32,000 bases of DNA from Baia soyae (GCF_004341445.1 NZ_SLXV01000007.1:24039-56038), one strand, 5' to 3'. Shown: positions 1 to 8,154, counted from the first letter of the stretch. Numbers and translations: made by a program. Notes: generated by a model not told the origin, from the letters alone.

Positions 1-47
1 TGTAAACGCTGTTCTTGCTGTAAGTGAAACCCAAGTTCAAGAGCCAA
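1..47 (-). CDS. Possible 5' end of a leftward gene that leaves the window (15 codons visible); product not assignable
   Basis: On the reverse strand, GGAGG (complement of 55-59) is followed after 7 nt by TTG (47-45). The frame ALELGFHLQQEQRL then stays open to the window edge. The Leu/Gln-rich start is reminiscent of sigma-54 region I, but 15 residues cannot support that. Confidence 0.25.
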   Translation of the reverse strand, partial: MALELGFHLQQEQRL

Positions 48-244
48 TTCTCCACCTCCGAGCCATAAATGAGTTCGAGTTCGTAATATATTTGTATTCA
101 GATTATCTAGCAATGGGAATCATTACACTTCAGACAAAATGGAAAGCTATTTTCGTTATATTCATCTTATCATAAAGGGGACTTACTCGTATGTAACAAA
201 AGTTAACAGCAAAACGATCTCCTGTCACTCAAACGAAAATATTC

Positions 245-274
245 TTGTTTCTCAATAGATAGATATGATATAAT
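245..274 (+). promoter_or_regulatory. Sigma-A-type promoter for the tRNA gene
   Basis: TTGTTT (245-250), 18-nt spacer, TATAAT (269-274), with an extended -10 TG at 266-267. It ends about 18 nt upstream of the tRNA 5' end. Confidence 0.5.
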
Positions 275-291
275 TTCATTTGATTTGATGT

Positions 292-363
292 GCGCCTATA
301 GCTCAGGGGATAGAGCGTTGGTCTCCGGAACCAAGCGCCCAGGTTCGAATCCTGGTAGGCGCG
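292..363 (+). tRNA. tRNA-Arg, anticodon CCG
   Basis: Cloverleaf folded by hand. Acceptor GCGCCTA/TAGGCGC, D arm GCTC-AGGGGATA-GAGC, anticodon arm TTGGT-CTCCGGA-ACCAA (anticodon CCG). 4-nt variable loop, T arm CCAGG-TTCGAAT-CCTGG, discriminator G363. CCA is not encoded. Confidence 0.9.
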
Positions 364-373
364 TAAAATAGAA

Positions 374-426
374 TACCCTCAAACATGATATCACCAAGTG
401 TGCCAACATGTTTGAGGGTATTTTTG
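374..426 (+). terminator. Rho-independent terminator after tRNA-Arg
   Basis: A perfect 14-bp stem, TACCCTCAAACATG (374-387) with CATGTTTGAGGGTA (407-420), followed by TTTTT. Confidence 0.8.
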
Positions 427-552
427 TTATGAGGAAAATGTGGGATTTCTAACGAGTTTCTAACATCAAACTAGTCTCTATTTCCAAAAAAATCATCCTC
501 AATTTCTAATTCATCGTACAATATTCACATAAAAAACTCCTTTACTTCCTAA

Positions 553-580
553 TTGTGATTTGATAAGATGCTTTTAAAAT
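553..580 (+). promoter_or_regulatory. Candidate sigma-A promoter of the argS leader
   Basis: TTGTGA (553-558), 16-nt spacer, TAAAAT (575-580), just upstream of the T-box leader. Confidence 0.4.
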
Positions 581-589
581 TTGATACAA

Positions 590-820
590 AAAAATCAATG
601 ACCGAGAGAATAGATGTAGGGGTAGTTTTCCAGCAAGCTAGGGACGTTGCGAGCCTAGTAAACACCTTTCATTGAAGCGCACTCATGAGTTGTTACGTTG
701 AAACAAAGTAGGCGTATCCGGGGCAATCCCGTTATCATAAATGAAAGTGGCAATTTATATTGCAACTGGAGTGGTACCACGGGAAAACTCGTCTCCTTTA
801 TGGAGATGGGTTTTTTATTT
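590..820 (+). promoter_or_regulatory. T-box riboswitch leader (tRNA-sensing antiterminator/terminator) controlling argS
   Basis: Stem I has an AGAGA/GA-type motif (604-610) and AGTA (657-660). The specifier-loop-like sequence is GAAG-CGC-A (674-681). The T-box core GGAGTGGTACCACGGG lies at 767-783. A terminator follows: CTCGTCTCC (788-796) pairs with GGAGATGGG (802-810), then TTTTTT. The leader sits immediately upstream of an aminoacyl-tRNA synthetase gene. Confidence 0.85.
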
Positions 821-834
821 TTTACTTAGGAGGA

Positions 835-2520
835 ATGAAATTGGACATTAAAACGATGGTAGTTCAAGCACTCGAACAAACGTTAAAAGATCATCTAACT
901 GGCATAGAAATCACGGTGGAAAGGCCTAAAAATCCTACTTTTGGCGATTATGCAATCCCTTGTTTCAGTTGGGCTAAATCACTTAAGAAGTCTCCACAGG
1001 ATATTGCACAGAATTTAGCTACAGTGATTAAACATTCTCTTTTTTCGAAGGTCACGGCAGTTGGTCCATATATCAATGTTTTTCTAGATAAGACGTACGT
1101 TAGCAAGAAAATTACCAATCAAATTATCTCATCGAAAGAAAAATTCGGTTCTAATTCGGATGGTCAAAAGAGCAATGTAACGATTGATTTATCTGCCCCG
1201 AATATAGCAAAGCCGTTTTCTATGGGGCATCTTCGCTCTACAGTTATCGGAAATGCCATCGCAAACCTTGCAGAAAAGAACGGTTATACTCCGATCCGTA
1301 TTAACCATCTAGGCGATTGGGGTACACAGTTCGGAAAGTTGATTGTTGCCTATCTGAAATGGGGTAATGAAGAACGTGTAAAGGAACAGCCGATTTCAAA
1401 GCTTCTAAGCCTGTACATTAAATTCCATGATGAAGTTGAAAATCATCCCGAGTTAGCCGATGAGGGTCGTCGTTTCTTCAAAATGCTCGAAGATGGAGAT
1501 CCTCAAGCTCGCCACCTATGGAACTGGTTTCGGGAAGAATCCTTGAAAGAGTTCTTTCGGATCTACAATCTACTAGGAGTCTCCTTCGACCATATACAAG
1601 GTGAAGCATTTTACAACGATAAAATGGATGAAGTTATCGAGATCCTTAACAGTAAAGGACTACTTGAATTAAGTGATGGCGCACTAGTAGTAACTTTAGA
1701 TGAGTACGACTCTCCACCTTGCCTCATTCAAAAATCGGATGGAGCAACCATCTATGCGACTCGTGATCTTGCCACTGCATTATTCCGTAAGAGAAACTAT
1801 GATTTTGCACGATCTTTGTATGTGGTAGGAAGTGAACAATCTCTACATTTCAAACAAGTAAAGCTAACTCTCCAGAAAGCAGGCTTTGAGTGGGAACGGG
1901 ATATGGTTCATATCCCCTTTGGGATGATGTTGCAAGATGGCAAGAAAATGTCTACTAGAAAAGGTAGAGTTGTGTTGCTAGAAGAAGTTCTAAACGAAGC
2001 AACCGATCTCGCACATCAAATCATCAGCGAGAAGAATCCTAACCTCGAAAATAAAGAAGAAGTTGCCAAGCAAATCGGTATCGGAGCAGTTATCTTCCAA
2101 GACTTGAAAAACTTCCGAACCAACGATATTGACTTTTCTTTTGAGCAGATGCTTAATTTTGATGGGGAAACGGGACCCTATCTGCAATATACTCATGCTC
2201 GTTGCCACTCATTATTGCGTAAAGCTGGATGCTTCATCCCCAAAACAGGTTACTCTATTCGCGAGGAGGAAGCATGGCATACCATCTCCCACCTTACTCG
2301 CTTTTATGAAGTCGTAAAGCAAGCTTGGGAGGATTATGATCCGTCGAAAATTGCTCGGTATGCATTAGATCTAGCCCGTTACTTTAACAGTTACTATGCA
2401 AAGGTGCGAATTCTCGATTCAGAAGATCAAGATGCTCGTTTGTGCCTAGTGTACTCTGTTGCGATTGTAATCGAGGAGTGTCTAAGAATCTTAGGTATTC
2501 AATCCCCAAAATCAATGTAA
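835..2520 (+). CDS. argS: Arginyl-tRNA synthetase
   Basis: Class I aaRS features are present: HMGH-like SMGHLRS, MSTRKG (KMSKS-type) and a DALR-like anticodon-binding C-terminus. I moved the start to ATG 835 (AGGAGG at 829-834), because the track start at 760 would translate the T-box and terminator. Confidence 0.93.
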   Translation: MKLDIKTMVVQALEQTLKDHLTGIEITVERPKNPTFGDYAIPCFSWAKSLKKSPQDIAQNLATVIKHSLFSKVTAVGPYINVFLDKTYVSKKITNQIISSKEKFGSNSDGQKSNVTIDLSAPNIAKPFSMGHLRSTVIGNAIANLAEKNGYTPIRINHLGDWGTQFGKLIVAYLKWGNEERVKEQPISKLLSLYIKFHDEVENHPELADEGRRFFKMLEDGDPQARHLWNWFREESLKEFFRIYNLLGVSFDHIQGEAFYNDKMDEVIEILNSKGLLELSDGALVVTLDEYDSPPCLIQKSDGATIYATRDLATALFRKRNYDFARSLYVVGSEQSLHFKQVKLTLQKAGFEWERDMVHIPFGMMLQDGKKMSTRKGRVVLLEEVLNEATDLAHQIISEKNPNLENKEEVAKQIGIGAVIFQDLKNFRTNDIDFSFEQMLNFDGETGPYLQYTHARCHSLLRKAGCFIPKTGYSIREEEAWHTISHLTRFYEVVKQAWEDYDPSKIARYALDLARYFNSYYAKVRILDSEDQDARLCLVYSVAIVIEECLRILGIQSPKSM

Positions 2521-2695
2521 TAGAAGGATGCGGGCGGGATGCGTCTAGCACTTCCGAACAATAGAAGGTTATACAATCTAGATAATATACCTATGGGGAA
2601 CGGAAGAAGTACTTGGAACGATGAAGCTTCTTCAACGATTGTTACGTTAGATTAATAGGACTAACTTCAGATCGAAAATCAAGACGAACCAATAC

Positions 2696-2757
2696 GCCTC
2701 CTAATGTGTTTCGTGCTATTACCAACGAAATTTCACATTAGGGGGGCATATTTTTTT
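2696..2757 (+). terminator. Strong hairpin plus T-run, 175 nt downstream of the argS stop
   Basis: GCCTCCTAATGTG (2696-2708) pairs with CACATTAGGGGGGC (2734-2747). There is a nested TTTCGT/ACGAAA helix, then ATA plus TTTTTTT (2751-2757). Confidence 0.7.
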
Positions 2758-2902
2758 GTCTAGAAAAGGCAACACAATCTTTATGTGAAATCGATTCCTC
2801 CTTCATCTAATCTTTATCCCCCTCTTTTAAAATATTCAACAAAAAAGAAATCTCCACCATTTTTTGGGCAATACGATGTTGAGTTAAGGGGCTGGATACA
2901 CT

Positions 2903-5485
2903 ATGAAGAAACCAAAGCTATTAACTACTATGAAGAAGGGCAAGACAAGGACCCTAGAAGCACCTGTTACTCTTCCGCCTAACTCCGAACGTTTCCCTAA
3001 AAGAAAAGATCGGAGCCATTCGCGTTCTAAAGTTATAAAGAAACATGATGGTGGAAGCCGCAGTAAACATAAATGGAAAAAGATTTTGAATTGGAAGGTC
3101 ATGCTAGCTGTAGTATGCCTTCCTGTTTTATGTGGTTCGATTTACCTTGCGTATCTTGTTTCTAAAGTACCTGATAATGCAAACGCGGAACTTCAAAAGC
3201 CAGACTCCCCCTCTACACTAGTAGATCGAAAAGATAACATCATAACGAAAATTGGTGCACAGAAGATTGAACCTATCAAACTAGATGAGCTTATGAAGGT
3301 GAATCCTAAACTGCCTGCTGCCTTAGTAAAAGTAGAAGATCAACGCTTCTGGAAGCATGATGGAGTCGATTTCTGGGGTCTTACTCGGGCCGTCTTCGAT
3401 AACTTGCAAGGCCGTTCGGGGGGTGGAGGAACCATTCCCATGCAGGTCTCCCGGAACATGGTATTAGACTCGAAACAAAAAACCTTACAACGGAAGGTAA
3501 ATGAAATCGCATCAGCCCGAAAGTTAATAAAGACGCATAAGCATGAAGGGGTGTTAGAAGCATATCTAAACTATATTGACTTTGGCCCGACCATCCAAGG
3601 GGTACAAGCGGCTTCGAAATTCTACTTTGGTAAAGATTTAACCAAGACTCCATTAACAGACGAAGAGGTTGCTTTGCTTGTGGCTATTCCAAACAATCCT
3701 ACTCGACTTAATCCGAAGGGAAACGAAGAACAGAAGGTAAATGCCAAGGAGCGCCGTGATTGGGTTCTGAAGAAAAAGATGACTAGTAGCGAGGATACAC
3801 CAGCGGTCATCTCGATGGAAGATGCGGATAAGGCTATTACAAAACCTCTTCAAGTTGCGAAAGACGAGCAAAATACATTCCTAAATGAATTTAAGCTAAA
3901 GAGCCATGCAGCTTATATTGATTTAGTGCGGACTGAATTAAAAGAACGATATGGAATTTCGAAAGAAGACTTACGTACCAAAGCGTATCAGATTAAAATT
4001 GCGATTGATCCCGAGATAGATAAAACGATAGAAAATGAGACAAAGAACACTACTGGAGGAGACTCTAAGACAGGGAAAAATAATGATTTAAATAGTAGCT
4101 TTACTGTACTGGAACGTAAAACAGGGCTCGTTCTCGCTTTATCTGGTGGGAAGGATTACATATCGGGAGGTCTGAATTGGGGAGTTACAAAACAACAGCC
4201 TGGCTCCGCGATTACGCCACTTGTTGTTTATAGCCCTTATGTGGAACTACATAAAGATGAAAAACCGGACCAAAATGAATATTCTCCTTTAGGGAACGTT
4301 ACTCTTTCCCAAGCATTAGCTACTTCGTCTGGTTATGTAGCAACTAAGCTTTTCGTAGATGAAGTAAAAGTAGATCGAGGAGTTAAGTTCTTGCAAGATA
4401 AATTCCAGTTGCCTCTTGAAAAGAAAGATTTGGAATCACCGGATGCCATTGCGATCGGTGATGTAACCAAAGGCTTCTCCCCCATACAGATGGCTCAAGC
4501 TTATTCCACATTTCCTAATAACGGAAAATTTATAAAAACATACACTGTTCTAGAGGTGAAAGATAACAAACAAAATAAAATAGAACCATTGCCTAATCAG
4601 GAGATGGAAACAAATCAGAGTGGCGATCAAGCATTTTCTGCTAAAACTGCATACTATATGACACGAATGTTGAAAGAAGCAGTAGAAAGTCCTAAGGGAG
4701 ATGATAAGGGAGCGAAAATACCAGAATTTGATGTAGCTGGTATAACAGGAACCACTCAGAATAAGAGATCAGGTTGGTTTGTAGGTTTTACACCCGATTA
4801 TGTAGCATCTGCTGTAGTCTTTAATGAATATAAAGATGGGAAACAGGGCGATACAAAAGTTAGCGGTGACTCAGTAGCTGAAATGTGGGGTAAGGTCATG
4901 AAGAAAGTGGTGAAAAGTAGTGATACACGCCGCTTTGAAAAACCGTCTGGTGTCCCAGAACCGGTTCCTCCACCACGGTTAGAAAATTTTGATATCACTA
5001 TCTCAACAGAAGGAGAGAGTAAAGATATCAAGATCAACATTATCGGTGGTTCTCGTGACCCTAATGTCACTTATAGAGTAGAAAGATTGGATTCAAAAGG
5101 TCAATACGTACTGGTCACAGAAGGGACAGCAGACTCGCTAAAAGATACATTTGCACCTGTGGATTCAAACACTCCAAACCAGAAGTTTACTTATAAGATT
5201 ATTGCTAAATCAAAAGATAAATCCATTCTCCCAGCAGTCGTAGAGAAAGAGTTGACTCTTCAAAAATCGAAAGTACAATCGTCCGACAAACAGCAGAAAC
5301 AACCAGATAGTCCACCAAATCCTAAGCCAAGCAAGCCAGATAATGATCAAAGTAAACCAGAACCTAATCCAAGTAAACCAGATAAAGAACCAGACTTAGG
5401 AGATCAAAATCAAGGAAAACCGGAGCCAGAAAACAAACGTCCAGAAGGGACAAAAGAGATAAGGCCTACAAACCCGACAAATTAG
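2903..5485 (+). CDS. Class A penicillin-binding protein homologue: GT51 glycosyltransferase domain plus a degenerate transpeptidase-like domain and a Pro/Lys-rich C-terminal tail
   Basis: A basic cytoplasmic N-terminus is followed by one TM segment (VMLAVVCLPVLCGSIYLAYLV). GT51 motifs: EDQRFWKHDGVD, GGGTIPMQVSRN, RKVNEIA, VLEAYLNYIDFG, RRDWVL. The transpeptidase framework is present (QQPGSAITPLVVYSPY, AGITGTTQNKRSGWFVGFTPDY). The start at 2903 is uncertain because the SD AAGGGG lies 11 nt upstream. Confidence 0.88.
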   Translation: MKKPKLLTTMKKGKTRTLEAPVTLPPNSERFPKRKDRSHSRSKVIKKHDGGSRSKHKWKKILNWKVMLAVVCLPVLCGSIYLAYLVSKVPDNANAELQKPDSPSTLVDRKDNIITKIGAQKIEPIKLDELMKVNPKLPAALVKVEDQRFWKHDGVDFWGLTRAVFDNLQGRSGGGGTIPMQVSRNMVLDSKQKTLQRKVNEIASARKLIKTHKHEGVLEAYLNYIDFGPTIQGVQAASKFYFGKDLTKTPLTDEEVALLVAIPNNPTRLNPKGNEEQKVNAKERRDWVLKKKMTSSEDTPAVISMEDADKAITKPLQVAKDEQNTFLNEFKLKSHAAYIDLVRTELKERYGISKEDLRTKAYQIKIAIDPEIDKTIENETKNTTGGDSKTGKNNDLNSSFTVLERKTGLVLALSGGKDYISGGLNWGVTKQQPGSAITPLVVYSPYVELHKDEKPDQNEYSPLGNVTLSQALATSSGYVATKLFVDEVKVDRGVKFLQDKFQLPLEKKDLESPDAIAIGDVTKGFSPIQMAQAYSTFPNNGKFIKTYTVLEVKDNKQNKIEPLPNQEMETNQSGDQAFSAKTAYYMTRMLKEAVESPKGDDKGAKIPEFDVAGITGTTQNKRSGWFVGFTPDYVASAVVFNEYKDGKQGDTKVSGDSVAEMWGKVMKKVVKSSDTRRFEKPSGVPEPVPPPRLENFDITISTEGESKDIKINIIGGSRDPNVTYRVERLDSKGQYVLVTEGTADSLKDTFAPVDSNTPNQKFTYKIIAKSKDKSILPAVVEKELTLQKSKVQSSDKQQKQPDSPPNPKPSKPDNDQSKPEPNPSKPDKEPDLGDQNQGKPEPENKRPEGTKEIRPTNPTN

Positions 5486-5573
5486 AAGGTACATTTTCTT
5501 CTCATTATAAGTTGTACACAGAATCAAAATTACATTGATCGAATACTTATGATGAGAATGATCAAAATCATGT

Positions 5574-6185
5574 ATGGAGGCGATTTTATTGACAGGATTG
5601 ACTACAAATCCGACCGTTCTACATGACGACCCTTTGGTGTCCTATTATGAACAAGTTATAACCCCAGAGGAATGTAATCATATTATTGAAGTCGCAAAGA
5701 AACATATTATTCCTGCCCAATCTTACGGTCATGGACCAGAGCGTACATCGGATTATACTTGGCTTAATCATTACTATGATGCCGTTTTCTCGAATGTATG
5801 TGTACGTGTAGCTGTTCTTGTAAATCAGCAGCTCAACCATTCGGAACCCCTGCAAGTAGCCACCTACCAGCCCGGGGGAGAGTTCCATTTTCATCATGAT
5901 ACTTATAATGTTCATACTGAATATGGAAAGGGTCAAGTAGAAAGAGGCGGGCAACGGATGTTTACAGCAATCCTCTACCTAAACGATGTTATCGAAGGGG
6001 GAGAAACTACTTTTGACTATCTAGATCTCAAATTTACTCCTCGCCAAGGTAATTTTCTATTCTTTGAAAATTGCATAAGAGGCACCAACGTTCCAAATGA
6101 ACGTGCGATGCACGCAGGGCGCCCAGTGGTACAGGGCGATAAATGGATTGCCACACTATGGTTCCGTGAGAAACAGCAATATTAA
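5574..6185 (+). CDS. Prolyl 4-hydroxylase-like 2-oxoglutarate/Fe(II) oxygenase (P4Hc type)
   Basis: HxD...H facial triad context (FHFHHDT ... AMHAGRPV), plus LYLNDVIEGGETTF and GDKWIATLWF, as I remember them from the small bacterial P4H of Bacillus. No signal peptide. Alternative start TTG 5589, which is 8 nt after GGAGG (5576-5580). Confidence 0.85.
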   Translation: MEAILLTGLTTNPTVLHDDPLVSYYEQVITPEECNHIIEVAKKHIIPAQSYGHGPERTSDYTWLNHYYDAVFSNVCVRVAVLVNQQLNHSEPLQVATYQPGGEFHFHHDTYNVHTEYGKGQVERGGQRMFTAILYLNDVIEGGETTFDYLDLKFTPRQGNFLFFENCIRGTNVPNERAMHAGRPVVQGDKWIATLWFREKQQY

Positions 6186-6213
6186 GTAGAGTGAAGATAT
6201 CCTATTCAAAATC

Positions 6214-6265
6214 AAAAACACTACCTAGTTAACAGTTCTTAGTTAGCTCTAGGTAGTGCTTTTTC
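6214..6265. terminator. Bidirectional terminator between convergent genes
   Basis: CACTACCTAG (6219-6228) pairs with CTAGGTAGTG (6249-6258). An A-run lies to the left and TTTTT to the right. Confidence 0.75.
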
Positions 6266-6277
6266 GTATGATTTATC

Positions 6278-6991
6278 TTACTTTTTCTCAGCTAGTAGTT
6301 CGGAGACCGTCTTAAATGTGTAACCTTGCTTCCGCAAAGACTCTACGACTCCTTTTATCGATTTCAGGGATTCCTCCCTGTTCTTATACATAACATGCAG
6401 AAGGATAATCGATCCTGGCTTTACATTCTCTTTTACATGTTGAACTATTTTATCTGAATTTGAACCGATATCTGCATAGGAATCTGGTTCGATATCCCAC
6501 ATAATCGTTTTCCGGTTATGTTGGCTTAGATAGTAAGGTAGCAAGATCAGCTTTTTTCCATTTGGAGGTCTAAATAGGATCTCTTCTTGGTAACCTGCAT
6601 CTCGAATGAGTTGATCTGTTTTCTCAATTTCATTCTTAATAAAACTAGGGGACTTTAATACCATTCGAGTGTGTGAGTATGAATGATTGCCTAATTCATG
6701 ACCCGCTTGAACAATCTTTTTCCCTTCCTCTGGGTGTTGTTGTAACTCTGCTCCCGTCACAAAAAAAGTAGCTTTCACATCGGCCTCTTTGAGTACTTTT
6801 AATACTTCGTCGGTCTGCTCGGTCGGTCCATCGTCTAAGGTAAGGGCGATCACTTTCTGATTGGTATCAACCCGATCTGTTAGATCTCCAAATAGTTGGT
6901 AAGTTCTAGACTTAGAAAGCTGAAAGAGTGCATACATGATGATCAACAAAACAGCAAGGGTGAGCGTAACTCGAGTCGTCCATTTCTTCAT
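6278..6991 (-). CDS. Membrane-anchored polysaccharide deacetylase (NodB homology domain)
   Basis: NodB motifs: TLDDGP, HSYSH, FRPPNGK, IILLHV. It has an N-terminal TM anchor. I prefer the start at the second ATG (6991, MKKW...), because the first ATG-GAG-GAC supplies GGAGG 5 nt upstream of it. Confidence 0.88.
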   Translation of the reverse strand: MKKWTTRVTLTLAVLLIIMYALFQLSKSRTYQLFGDLTDRVDTNQKVIALTLDDGPTEQTDEVLKVLKEADVKATFFVTGAELQQHPEEGKKIVQAGHELGNHSYSHTRMVLKSPSFIKNEIEKTDQLIRDAGYQEEILFRPPNGKKLILLPYYLSQHNRKTIMWDIEPDSYADIGSNSDKIVQHVKENVKPGSIILLHVMYKNREESLKSIKGVVESLRKQGYTFKTVSELLAEKK

Positions 6992-7149
6992 AAAGTCCTC
7001 CATATCGTGTGAGTGGTTTTTGCCGATTAATCCACATATTTCTTTTTCAATTGATCAGCCCCTACTCCACCAATCAACATAAGTGAAAGAGGCAGGAAAA
7101 TCCCTGAAAACACGGTTGAAATTAGGTTTACACTTTTTTATTGATTTCA

Positions 7150-7179
7150 TTTGACCTTTTTTGACCTTTAGGTTATGAT
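7150..7179 (+). promoter_or_regulatory. clpP promoter overlapped by a CtsR operator
   Basis: 7150-7166 is TTTGACCTTTTTTGACC, the complement of GGTCAAA-AAA-GGTCAAA. That matches the CtsR heptad direct repeat RGTCAAANANRGTCAAA. -35 TTGACC (7151-7156), 17-nt spacer, -10 TATGAT (7174-7179). Confidence 0.8.
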
Positions 7180-7226
7180 ATATGTATTGAAATCCAATAT
7201 TTTCTTTACATAAGGAGTGGCTTCGG

Positions 7227-7817
7227 ATGAATTTAGTACCGATAGTTGTGGAACAGACATCTCGTGGAGAGCGCTCTTACGACATATATTCCCGCTTGCT
7301 AAAGGACCGCATTATCCTACTTGGGAGCCAAGTGGATGACCAAGTAGCGAATGCGATCGTAGCACAATTACTCTTCTTACAAGCGGACGATCCAGACAAA
7401 GATATTCATTTATATATCAATTCGCCTGGTGGTTCCATTACGGCAGGTATGGCGATCTATGATACGATGCAGTTTGTAAAACCTGATGTATCTACGATCT
7501 GTATCGGGATGGCGGCATCAATGGGGGCTTTCTTGCTTTCTGCTGGGGCAAAAGGTAAACGATACGCCCTCCCAAATAGTGAAGTGATGATTCACCAACC
7601 ACTTGGTGGCGCGCAAGGTCAAGCGAGTGATATCGAAATTCGAGCACGCCGAATTCTGAAGATGCGTGACCAGTTGAACCATAAACTTGCTGAGTTTACA
7701 GGTCAGCCTCTTAAAAAGATCGAGAGAGACACCGATCGCGACAACTTTATGTCTGCACAAGAAGCACTAGACTATGGATTGATCGACAAAGTGATTACTT
7801 CGACCAATCAAACGTAA
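7227..7817 (+). CDS. clpP: ATP-dependent Clp protease proteolytic subunit
   Basis: Full-length ClpP with the catalytic Ser context GMAASMGAF and His context [16 protein letters not shown] lies upstream. Confidence 0.97.
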   Translation: MNLVPIVVEQTSRGERSYDIYSRLLKDRIILLGSQVDDQVANAIVAQLLFLQADDPDKDIHLYINSPGGSITAGMAIYDTMQFVKPDVSTICIGMAASMGAFLLSAGAKGKRYALPNSEVMIHQPLGGAQGQASDIEIRARRILKMRDQLNHKLAEFTGQPLKKIERDTDRDNFMSAQEALDYGLIDKVITSTNQT

Positions 7818-7821
7818 GTCC

Positions 7822-7864
7822 AAAAAGAACCCTTGTACACAATCGTGCTTGGGTTCTTCTTTTC
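7822..7864. terminator. Bidirectional terminator between clpP and the crh-like gene
   Basis: AAGAACCC (7825-7832) pairs with GGGTTCTT (7851-7858). An A-run lies upstream and CTTTTC downstream. Confidence 0.7.
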
Positions 7865-7871
7865 GTCTAAT

Positions 7872-8132
7872 CTATTCCGCTTTCATGACAATCGTAGCAA
7901 GCGCCTCTACCGCTTTCTCTTCATCGATCCCCTCGGCACTGATCACAATCTCTGTACCTTTCGCAACAGCTAAGCTCATCACACCCATAATGCTCTTGGC
8001 ATTTACCTTACGACCTTCTTTTTCGATAAACACTTGAGAAGCATACTTATTCGCTTCTTGAACAAAGTAAGCCGCAGGACGCGCATGTAAGCCTGTCTCA
8101 AGTTGAACCTTTACTTTTTTCTCAACAGCCAT
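7872..8132 (-). CDS. crh: HPr-family protein of the Crh type (regulatory Ser46 site present; His15-equivalent also present)
   Basis: 86 aa. TGLHARPAAYFVQEAN and VNAKSIMGVMSLAV resemble B. subtilis Crh more closely than HPr, as far as I recall. It sits directly downstream of whiA, as crh does. SD GGGAGG. Confidence 0.85.
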   Translation of the reverse strand: MAVEKKVKVQLETGLHARPAAYFVQEANKYASQVFIEKEGRKVNAKSIMGVMSLAVAKGTEIVISAEGIDEEKAVEALATIVMKAE

Positions 8133-8154
8133 TTGTCTTTTCCTCCCTTTACCT

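Noticed and set aside
1-27. Plus-strand reading CKRCSCCK-stop at the window edge (a Cys-rich C-terminus?)
   Set aside because: Only 8 codons are visible and no terminator follows. The opposite strand offers a well-spaced SD plus start, so I listed that alternative at low confidence instead.
113-172. 19-codon hydrophobic mini-ORF MGIITLQTKWKAIFVIFILS upstream of the tRNA
   Set aside because: It has no SD and no supporting conservation visible. It is likely chance in AT-rich spacer.
760-834. The track's 5' extension of the argS ORF (MQLEWYHGKTRLLYGDGFFIFYLGG)
   Set aside because: It translates the T-box core and the leader terminator. A proper AGGAGG-ATG start exists at 835.
2785-3102. Track ORFs 2785-2982 (+) and 2884-3102 (-) overlapping the PBP start region
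   Set aside because: They overlap the long PBP frame, have no motifs, and show poor start contexts.
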